Source: Thermodesulfobacteriota bacterium (GTDB taxonomy: Bacteria; Desulfobacterota_D; UBA1144; Nemesobacterales; Nemesobacteraceae). Taken from it: a DNA stretch of 64,000 bases. The position numbers and the translations under genes were made by a program. The notes under the pieces are model-generated. The model was not told the DNA's origin, did no database searches, and worked only from the letters and a program-made list of their open reading frames with translations. Shown one piece after another: positions 52,025-59,703 of the stretch; the stretch's first letter is position 1, and every line of letters starts with the position of its first letter. The DNA is taken from NCBI GenBank assembly GCA_965202785.1, contig OZ241855.1, forward strand, positions 288,001 to 352,000. The letters run 5' to 3'.

Positions 52025-52839
52025 AACTGGGCCACAGTCCCGACGCTGACGACGCGTTCATGTTCTACGCCATAGCAAGCGGAAAGGTGACTTCCGAACA
52101 GATACATTTCGAGCACGTAATTGAAGACATACAGTCACTCAATAAAAGAGCCATGAAAGGAGAGCTCGAAGTAACGGCAATCTCCGCCCATGGATACCTG
52201 AGCGTGCAGGATCGCTACCGGATTCTCTCCTGCGGGGCCAGCATGGGAAAAGGGTACGGCCCCATAGTGGTTGCCAAGAAGAAAATTTCTGACCTCAGGG
52301 GAAAAGCCGTCGCGGTACCTGGAAAGCTTACTACTGCATATCTTCTTCTGAGTCTCTATGCTGATGATTTCATCCCAGTTGAAGTGCCCTTTGACAAAAT
52401 CATGGACAAGGTGCTCGAAGAAGAGGTAGACGCTGGTCTTCTTATACATGAAGGACAGCTTACCTATGAAGAGACGGGGCTCGATCTTCTGTTCGATCTT
52501 GGAGCAATGTGGGCCGAGGAAACCGATCTTCCGATGCCGCTTGGACTTAACGTGCTTCGAAGAGACATACCCCGGGGGCTTGATGCCGAAGTTCTTCGAG
52601 TACACAAAGAAAGCATAGAGTACGCCCTCTCGAACAAAAAAGAGGCTCTTGATTACGCGATGCGCTTTGGAAGGGGGATGAGCGAGGATACGGGAGAGAA
52701 GTTCGTTTTAATGTACGTAAACGAGTGGACCAGGGACCTTGGCGAAAGTGGAACCGGGGCCCTTGAGTATCTTTTTGAAAAAGCCCGCGCAAAGGGGATC
52801 ATAGCCGAGAACCCAATGCTTGATATTCTCTGCAAGTAA
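52006..52839 (+). CDS. mqnD: 1,4-dihydroxy-6-naphthoate synthase
   Basis: GHSPDADDAFMFYA, GYGP, PGKLTTA, IHEGQL, LPMPLG, MYVNE. Confidence 0.92.
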   Translation: MERRIMKLGHSPDADDAFMFYAIASGKVTSEQIHFEHVIEDIQSLNKRAMKGELEVTAISAHGYLSVQDRYRILSCGASMGKGYGPIVVAKKKISDLRGKAVAVPGKLTTAYLLLSLYADDFIPVEVPFDKIMDKVLEEEVDAGLLIHEGQLTYEETGLDLLFDLGAMWAEETDLPMPLGLNVLRRDIPRGLDAEVLRVHKESIEYALSNKKEALDYAMRFGRGMSEDTGEKFVLMYVNEWTRDLGESGTGALEYLFEKARAKGIIAENPMLDILCK

Positions 52840-52869
52840 TTTTATTTCAACCTGCGGAGACACCACCCG

Positions 52870-53949
52870 TTATCCACCGTGACCCGTTTTCTCCGAGATC
52901 ACTTTTTCAACAAATCCGAGAAGAAACCCTATGAGACGACGAAACTCATCTTCCCGTCTCCATGGCATCCTGAACCTGTCGCTTATCTCAATCTGGATTG
53001 CGGGAACTGAAAACCGCTTCGCAGCGAACTTGGCCACGGTCATCTGCCTTGCGGCGGGGAATATATCGGCGCTCCCCGTCGTGATTCCATGTTCCTCGGC
53101 GACAAGATAAAACTTGTCAAGAACATCAAGTGCCGAAAGAAGAAATTCCCTCTCATCCCCCACGCCTGGAAACAGGTCTTCGGGCCTCTCGTTTCCGGTA
53201 CCGTGTATGTCCACAACTAGATCTATTTTCCTCTCGGACAGAACTCTCTCAAGCACGACCTTAAAATCGCAGTCGTCATAGTAATTTGGGTCTGTTCCCT
53301 GTTCCCTGTTCGCGTAAAGACAGTGGCAGCCGAGAACTAGATGCAACACGGCTCCCAGAGCGGCTGTGTAGAATTCATGACGCTTCAGCTTCCCCATTCT
53401 CGTGTGAGCGGTTGAGTGCGGACAGGTAACCAGAACCGGGACCGTGCCTTCAAGAAAAATGTTCTCCTCAGAGCGACCGTCGGGTTTCATCCTGTAATAC
53501 TGTTTTTGGATATTCTCAAAACTGATGGCAAAAGAGAAGGGATCCTCTCCACAGAGGGCCGGATCCGAGAACCAGTTGCCGCTTTTTATTATATCCCCAT
53601 CGCTAATCTGCCTTCTGAGCTCCGGGCCGGGTTCATATACATAAAAAGATTCTTCTTCCAGGCGGATAACGGACCTTGAAAAAAGCTTTTCATCCACGCC
53701 TTCGAGGCGGTCCACGCTCCCGATAAAGAGCTCGGAATCTGGGGGAAGCTCATAAAGCTCTCCCCTGACACCAAGCGGGGAACTCTCATCAAACACGGCC
53801 GCCGGATAACCAAAAGGCGTACGGTAAAGAATACCGGGAACTCTTATCATCCTAAGCAACCTGCATCGCTCAAGGTGCCCGCTTCTTATCCCGCCCTTTC
53901 GCAGGGTTCCATAGACAAAAAGCTTTTCGGGCTTCGATTCGGTCATCAC
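52870..53949 (-). CDS. Fusion of gamma-glutamylcyclotransferase (AIG2-like) and N-formylglutamate amidohydrolase-like domains
   Basis: N-terminal LFVYGTLRKG...YPA...GELY...DRLEG; C-terminal VTCPHS...DPN...VDIHG...QIEIS. Confidence 0.7.
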   Translation of the reverse strand: MMTESKPEKLFVYGTLRKGGIRSGHLERCRLLRMIRVPGILYRTPFGYPAAVFDESSPLGVRGELYELPPDSELFIGSVDRLEGVDEKLFSRSVIRLEEESFYVYEPGPELRRQISDGDIIKSGNWFSDPALCGEDPFSFAISFENIQKQYYRMKPDGRSEENIFLEGTVPVLVTCPHSTAHTRMGKLKRHEFYTAALGAVLHLVLGCHCLYANREQGTDPNYYDDCDFKVVLERVLSERKIDLVVDIHGTGNERPEDLFPGVGDEREFLLSALDVLDKFYLVAEEHGITTGSADIFPAARQMTVAKFAAKRFSVPAIQIEISDRFRMPWRREDEFRRLIGFLLGFVEKVISEKTGHGG

Positions 53950-53963
53950 AGATACAGAGAAAA

Positions 53964-55220
53964 CTAATGCTCACAAGGATCCCAAGGGTCCTTTTTGTAG
54001 ATTAAATTCCCTCCTACCATTGAGAACTGGAGATCCTCCGGTTTTGAAGACACTATGGAGGAATAAGAATCGGGGGCAATTCCCCCTTTGCAGCCAATGC
54101 ATATGATGTCGGCACTTTTTCCGACCTCAAGACTTCCTGTCTCCCCCTCGATAAAAAGAGCCTTTGCTCCACCTAGAGTCGCGAAATAGACCGCCAGACG
54201 GGCGCTTTGCCGTATTCCCTGCTCAACCATAATGTCATGCAAGAACCTGATCTCCCGAAAGAAATCAAGATCTGAGTTGCTTGAAAGTCCGTCGGTCCCA
54301 AGCCCTACCCTTTCATGATCAAGCATCTGGCTCAGGTTCGGTTTACCCACTCCGAGAAGAACATTGCTTCTTGGGCAGAGAACAATGCCGATATCGGCGT
54401 CTCGTATTATTTCCATGTCTTCATCCACCACTTGGACCATGTGAACAGCGGAGAGTTTTACGTCTTTTCCGCGAAGAAATTCGTTTATGTAGCGTGTCGG
54501 AGTATCGGCCCGTGGCCTTTCGAAGGTTTCCTTTTTTATGAGCGGGAAGATTTTCCGTTCAAATTCATTGGGAAAGTTCTTCAGAAAATCGACTTCATCG
54601 GGGCTCTCGCCCAGGTGAATTCCCGTCGCAACCGCGTTTTTGCGCGCGCAGGAAAAGACCTCCTCCAGAAGCTCCGGCCCACAGGAATAAGGCGCATGCG
54701 GGAAAGGTCTTTCCTCGTAGAGGTCTTCGCTTTGGAATTCAAGCGAGGAAAGTCTTGGTGAAATGCGGTCAAAAAGTTCGAGAAACGCGATAATTCTCAT
54801 CCCCGAGCTTCTAAGCATCTCCCTCCCGCCGAAATCCAAGGAAGATATTTCCCCTACCGTAGTGACTCCACTTCCGATGACGTCTCGAATCCCCACCCTC
54901 ATTGAATCCTCAACAAAATCTTGATCAACCCCGTCGGCCTTAAGAGTGATCAACCGCTCAAGCCATCCGGTAAAATCTTCGAAACCCCTGATCTTCCCTT
55001 TTGTCCAACTGAGCTCAAGATGGGTGTGGGCGTTTACGAACCCGGGGAGTATTATCGAGTTCGGCTTTCTTATTTTCCGTAAGCTGGGATAGTCAGTCTC
55101 GATTCTATCTGATGTTCCGATGTCAACGATACGCCCCCCGTCCACGACGACGGCTCCATTGCGAATCGGCTCTGAGCTTATCGGAATCACCACATCCGCC
55201 TTTATAAGCAGTTTTTCCAT
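53964..55220 (-). CDS. Amidohydrolase, aminodeoxyfutalosine deaminase/MtaD-like
   Basis: NAHTHLELS, VGEIS, PHAPYS, HLGES, CPRSN, GTDGLSSN; start MEKLLIK. Confidence 0.8.
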   Translation of the reverse strand: MEKLLIKADVVIPISSEPIRNGAVVVDGGRIVDIGTSDRIETDYPSLRKIRKPNSIILPGFVNAHTHLELSWTKGKIRGFEDFTGWLERLITLKADGVDQDFVEDSMRVGIRDVIGSGVTTVGEISSLDFGGREMLRSSGMRIIAFLELFDRISPRLSSLEFQSEDLYEERPFPHAPYSCGPELLEEVFSCARKNAVATGIHLGESPDEVDFLKNFPNEFERKIFPLIKKETFERPRADTPTRYINEFLRGKDVKLSAVHMVQVVDEDMEIIRDADIGIVLCPRSNVLLGVGKPNLSQMLDHERVGLGTDGLSSNSDLDFFREIRFLHDIMVEQGIRQSARLAVYFATLGGAKALFIEGETGSLEVGKSADIICIGCKGGIAPDSYSSIVSSKPEDLQFSMVGGNLIYKKDPWDPCEH

Positions 55221-55240
55221 CAAAAAACGAATCGGTCGCT

Positions 55241-56119
55241 CTATAAGTTTATATTGGAAGGATTTCTTAGTTTGTAAAGAAGATCGTCGCTTAACATTCC
55301 CGAAAAGACTTCTTCCACCTCGCCGCGCATAGTGATCGCCCAACCTTCATCGACTGTTATGTCCAGATGCCCGCCAGGCATCAGCACCCTGAGCTTCCGA
55401 TCCGTAAGACCGGACTTAACACACGCGGCGGCGACCGCGCAGGAGCTGCTGCCCGAGGCAAGAGTGTAGCCGGCCCCTCTCTCCCAGATCAAAATACGAA
55501 CGCTATCGCGCGAGATCACCTGGGCGAACTGGACATTAGTTCTGTTCGGAAAGACGGGGTGGTTTTCTATCTCGGGTCCGAGTTTCCTTATAAGATCTTC
55601 TCTTAGCTCTTCGAAGAAAATAACGCAGTGGGGGTTCCCCACCGAAACGGCAGTAAAATCAAACTCCGCCGCGCCGAGAGCCAGACGCTGCGCCACCGCC
55701 TCTTTCTCTTCTATATCTACCGGTATCTCGTCCGCCCTGAAAGTTGCCGTGCCCATTTCCACCGTGACGTGGTGAACCTTTCCGTCTTTCTCCTCAACTT
55801 CGGCAGTAACAAGACCACCGGGAGTATCTATGGAAAAAGTCCTGCTCGAGGCGTTTTTTCTCTCGTAGAGGTACTTGGCGAAAATCCTGAGCCCGTTTCC
55901 GCTTTTTTCCGCCTCGCTTCCGTCAGGATTGAGAATTCTGAGCCCAAAATCCCCCCTTACAGGGGGAACCAGAAGCAGTATGCCGTCAGAACCTATACCG
56001 TAATTTCTGTGGCATATGAGTTCTATAGCGGATTTGCCGAGATCAAAATCTATTTCGGCGCTGTCTAAGACGATATAGTCATTTCCCAAGCCGTGTGATT
56101 TTACGAAACGATTCATCAC
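55241..56119 (-). CDS. dapF: Diaminopimelate epimerase family (Ser/Ser active-site variant)
   Basis: KSHGLGNDY, GIGSDG, NPDGSEAEKSGNG, VGNPH, WERGAGYTLASGSS. Confidence 0.85.
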   Translation of the reverse strand: MMNRFVKSHGLGNDYIVLDSAEIDFDLGKSAIELICHRNYGIGSDGILLLVPPVRGDFGLRILNPDGSEAEKSGNGLRIFAKYLYERKNASSRTFSIDTPGGLVTAEVEEKDGKVHHVTVEMGTATFRADEIPVDIEEKEAVAQRLALGAAEFDFTAVSVGNPHCVIFFEELREDLIRKLGPEIENHPVFPNRTNVQFAQVISRDSVRILIWERGAGYTLASGSSSCAVAAACVKSGLTDRKLRVLMPGGHLDITVDEGWAITMRGEVEEVFSGMLSDDLLYKLRNPSNINL

Positions 56120-56158
56120 GTCGTTTTCAGTTTTGGGAAAATATTCCGTAAGGAGATG

Positions 56159-56362
56159 TTAGTCCTCCAGAATGAAGGTGATCCTGACGTGGGAGCGGTA
56201 CTCGGTAATCTTCCCGTCCTCTATGTGGGCGTTCATTTTCGTTACCTCGATTCCGGTAAGACCCCTTATCGTCTTGTTCGCCCTGTCAAGAGCCTCTTGC
56301 ACAGCGTCATCCCATGATTTCTCGGATGATCCTATAACCTCTGTTACTCTAGCTACAGCCAT
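56159..56362 (-). CDS. Dodecin-family flavin-binding protein
   Basis: VTEVIGSSEKSWDDAVQEALDRANKTIR..ITEYR; SD AAGGAGG. Confidence 0.88.
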   Translation of the reverse strand: MAVARVTEVIGSSEKSWDDAVQEALDRANKTIRGLTGIEVTKMNAHIEDGKITEYRSHVRITFILED

Positions 56363-56446
56363 GGTAATCCTCCTTAAAACAGTTTTTTGCCGTAATTCGG
56401 GGCCTATATTATAACGCTATTTCCAAATCTTTGTAAACCGTCCGCA

Positions 56447-57250
56447 TCACTCAAATCTGTGCTGTCCCGGGAAAATATATCCCACAACGAAGGTCGCCAC
56501 CACGATGCAGAATCCGATCACGGCTCCGAGCGCCGCCCTTCTGCCCCTCCATCCGAGGGAAAGTCGTCCGTTTATCAAAAAAGCGTAAAGAAGCCACGTA
56601 ACGGTAGACCACGTTTCCTTGGCTCCCCACGTCCATCCCTCGCTCCATATTTCTTTTGCAAGCACGAAACCGATCACGAGACTCACGGTGAGAAGCGGGA
56701 ACCCGAGCAGGAGACTCAGGTGGTTTATCTTGTCGAGCGTTATCAGGGAAGGGAGTTTTTTCAGGTTGCTTCCGATTCTTTTCGATTTCAATTGGTTTTC
56801 CTGGAATATGTAGATCGCGCCCGCGAGACAGGATATCGCGAAAAACGCCTCTCCAAGGAAAATGGACAGTATGTGTGCCAGCACCCATGGGTTTTCAAGC
56901 GTCGGGTCCTGGGTAATCATCCCATCCGGAATGATCACGTAGGGCAAAGTTCCGAGAAAAGCCACGGGGAGCACGAACGCACCGAGCACGGGGGTCCTGA
57001 ACCTTAATTGCGAAACTAAAAAGACAAGCGTTATAAGCCACGAGAAAATAAAAAGGGGCCTTGAAGTGCTTCCGGCCAGTACGTCGCCACGCATGAGGAA
57101 AACAACGAGCAGCGCGGTATGAGTAAGCACTCCCGCAACAGCGAAATAAATGCCCGCCCGGGAGATTTTTCTTTTCTGCGACCAGAGGTAAGTGCCGTAA
57201 AGAAGGGAAGAAAGCAAGTAAAGGGCGGAAATCAGATAGATAGCATTCAT
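56447..57250 (-). CDS. ccsA: Cytochrome c biogenesis CcsA/HemX-like membrane protein
   Basis: Multiple TMs, WVLAHI, LPSL..LD, GFPLLT, WGAKETWS..W..Y. Confidence 0.8.
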   Translation of the reverse strand: MNAIYLISALYLLSSLLYGTYLWSQKRKISRAGIYFAVAGVLTHTALLVVFLMRGDVLAGSTSRPLFIFSWLITLVFLVSQLRFRTPVLGAFVLPVAFLGTLPYVIIPDGMITQDPTLENPWVLAHILSIFLGEAFFAISCLAGAIYIFQENQLKSKRIGSNLKKLPSLITLDKINHLSLLLGFPLLTVSLVIGFVLAKEIWSEGWTWGAKETWSTVTWLLYAFLINGRLSLGWRGRRAALGAVIGFCIVVATFVVGYIFPGQHRFE

Positions 57251-57301
57251 TGAAAGTATATTCTATTGCTTGGCCCGGCAAATACAAATCGGGAAAAGTC
57301 C

Positions 57302-58390
57302 TCAGCCCTCTGACAGATTTTTAAGGCTTTCGGCTTGAAAATGAGCTGCGAGAGGCTCCAGTAGAGGATCAAGTTCTCCTCCCAGCACAGCCTCTATTTT
57401 ATGGAGAGTGAGACCTATTCTGTGGTCGGTTATTCTCCCCTGAGGGAAGTTGTAGGTTCTTATTTTTTCGCTTCTGTCTCCGCTTCCAACCTGGGTTTTT
57501 CTGGTGCGCGAGATCTCGCTTGCGCGCTTTAGCTCCTCAATCTCGTAAAGCTTCGCACGCAGCATGCTCATCGCATGAACCCTGTTTTTCTGCTGCGAGC
57601 GATCGTCCTGACACTGCACGACGATTCCCGTTGGAAGATGGGTTATCCTTATTGCGGAATCGGTCTTGTTGACGTGCTGGCCCCCGGGCCCCGAAGACCT
57701 GAAAGTATCTACCTTGAGTTCCTTCTCGTCCACTTCCACGTCAACATCGTCGGCCTCCGGAAGCACGGCGACTGTCGCCGTTGACGTATGTATTCTCCCG
57801 CCGGCCTCTGTCGAGGGTATTCGCTGAACCCTGTGAACCCCGCTTTCATACCTGAGCTTGCCGTAAACCTCCCGTCCTTCGATCTTTACCACAAGTTCCT
57901 TTATTCCACCAATCCCGGTTTCGTTCAGGGTTATGGTTTCTACCTTCCAGCGGTGGTTCTCGCAGTACCTCGAGTACATTCTTAGGAGATCGGCCGCGAA
58001 AAGAGCCGCCTCCTCCCCTCCGGCTCCGGCCCTTATCTCAAGGAACACGTTTTTCCCGAGATTCGGATCTTTGGGCAAAAGAAGCTTTCTGAGTTTCGCT
58101 TCGAGCTCGCTTTTCTCCTTGGAAAGCTCTTCGAGCTCTTCACGGGCAAGAGGCGCAAGCTCTGTGTCATCAAGCAATTTGCGGTTCTCCTCAGCAGTCT
58201 CCGCGACTTCCTTTAGCCGCGCGTAGACAGATACCACGTCCTCAAGCTCCGCACGCTCCTTTGAACACTTGATTCTCTGCTGAGCGGAAATGTCAGGATC
58301 GCCGAGCGCCCTCTCAAGCTCAACAAACCTCCGCTCAATCTGCTCAAGTTTCTCAAACAGCTTCTCATCTTCAACAGGACTTGTCTGCAT
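57302..58390 (-). CDS. prfA: Peptide chain release factor 1
   Basis: EIRAGAGGEEAALFA, HRVQRIPSTE (PxT), GPGGQ, RTYNFPQ; ATG 58390 lies 7 nt after TATAAT. Confidence 0.96.
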   Translation of the reverse strand: MQTSPVEDEKLFEKLEQIERRFVELERALGDPDISAQQRIKCSKERAELEDVVSVYARLKEVAETAEENRKLLDDTELAPLAREELEELSKEKSELEAKLRKLLLPKDPNLGKNVFLEIRAGAGGEEAALFAADLLRMYSRYCENHRWKVETITLNETGIGGIKELVVKIEGREVYGKLRYESGVHRVQRIPSTEAGGRIHTSTATVAVLPEADDVDVEVDEKELKVDTFRSSGPGGQHVNKTDSAIRITHLPTGIVVQCQDDRSQQKNRVHAMSMLRAKLYEIEELKRASEISRTRKTQVGSGDRSEKIRTYNFPQGRITDHRIGLTLHKIEAVLGGELDPLLEPLAAHFQAESLKNLSEG

Positions 58391-58511
58391 GGCAGAAATT
58401 ATAGACAAAAAGTCCCAAAAACGTAAAAAAATCTCCTTGCGGCCCTAGTAAATACGCTTGAGGCGCGATTCTTGTAATAATGTCACCATAGTGATACAAT
58501 TTAGTTTAATT

Positions 58512-58721
58512 ATGGAATCATTGGAGATTCTTGAGAGAAAAATCAGAGAGTTTGTAGACAAAAACGCCAGGACTGCTGAAGAACACAACAAATTGCTTGA
58601 AGAAATTAAGGTGCTCAGAGAGAATGTCGCTTCGCTTGAAGCCGAAAAGGAGCGCCTCGGAACACGCGTCGACAACATGATAAGGGTAATTGAGCAGCAC
58701 CTTGGCGAAGAATCGGTATGA
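58512..58721 (+). CDS. zapB: ZapB-like coiled-coil cell division protein
   Basis: MESLEILERKI coiled coil, upstream of zapA; TTGTAA-17-TACAAT promoter. Confidence 0.65.
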   Translation: MESLEILERKIREFVDKNARTAEEHNKLLEEIKVLRENVASLEAEKERLGTRVDNMIRVIEQHLGEESV

Positions 58722-59065
58722 AAGACAGGATAAAAGTAGTTTTCTTTGGCAAGGAATATTCAGTCCTTACAGATGCTGAAAAGAGTTACCTTATGAAAAT
58801 TGTAGAGTACCTTGAACAAAGAATTATCAAGGCAGCTGAAGACAACGCATCTATAACTGTCCCAACTCCCGTTTTTCTGGCTTCTCTTGAGATCGTCGAT
58901 GATTTCTTCGCATTGCAGAGGGAATTTGATGAGTTCAAGAGAACCGCGGAAAGAAAAACAGAAAAACTGGTCGGACTGCTCGAATCACCCGGAAGCCAAA
59001 AAGGACCCGTCCTTATTGAAGAAAGCCCCGAAGACCCTTTCAGATCAAGAGGAAACAGCTTCTGA
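58718..59065 (+). CDS. zapA: Cell division protein ZapA
   Basis: IKVVFFGKEYSV...YL..I.EYL...LASLEIVDD; zapB-zapA-ygfA-rny synteny. Confidence 0.75.
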   Translation: MKDRIKVVFFGKEYSVLTDAEKSYLMKIVEYLEQRIIKAAEDNASITVPTPVFLASLEIVDDFFALQREFDEFKRTAERKTEKLVGLLESPGSQKGPVLIEESPEDPFRSRGNSF

Positions 59066-59702
59066 GACCCGCTCCGGTTCCACATACGTAAACGGTTCCC
59101 GGGAAACCAGCCCGCAGGGTCCCGTCCCTGAGGAAAAAAACAGGCTGAGAAGAGACCTTCTCGAAAAAAGAAGGAATCTTCCCCAATCTCTGCGCCGGGA
59201 AAAATCCGCCCTGATTCTCAGGGTTCTTCTCTCCGAGAAGCTTTTCTCCGATGCATCCAGCGTCGCTCTTTATTTCCCCGTAAACGGCGAAGTCGACACA
59301 CGCGAAATATTCAAAAAATGCGTTGATCTTGAAAAAAAGGTTTTCTTCCCGAAAACCCTAGGCTCCGGTCTTGTTTTCCTGAGAACGAGAAATATTGAGG
59401 AACTAACCCCAGGGGCCTTCGCCATCCCGGAACCCCCGGCGGAAGCCGAACGCGCCTGCGGCGACGAGCTTGACCTGGTACTGGTACCTGGAGTGGCTTT
59501 TGATTTCTCCGGAAACAGGGTCGGTTATGGAAAAGGTTTTTACGACAGGTTTTTAAAAGATATACCCAGACAGATACGCTTCGGACTGGCCTACCGGTTC
59601 CAAGTGCTGGAAAGCGTCCCTTCGGATGAAACCGACGTTAAGACGGGTCGCATAATCACAGAAGACGGAGCTATTGACTGTCTGGCAAAACAAGGAGACT
59701 GA
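59016..59702 (+). CDS. ygfA: 5-formyltetrahydrofolate cyclo-ligase
   Basis: KNRLR, EVDT, IPEP, LVPGVAFD..GNRVGYGKGFYDR; start uncertain (in-frame TTG 59016). Confidence 0.9.
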   Translation: MKKAPKTLSDQEETASETRSGSTYVNGSRETSPQGPVPEEKNRLRRDLLEKRRNLPQSLRREKSALILRVLLSEKLFSDASSVALYFPVNGEVDTREIFKKCVDLEKKVFFPKTLGSGLVFLRTRNIEELTPGAFAIPEPPAEAERACGDELDLVLVPGVAFDFSGNRVGYGKGFYDRFLKDIPRQIRFGLAYRFQVLESVPSDETDVKTGRIITEDGAIDCLAKQGD

Positions 59703-59703
59703 A

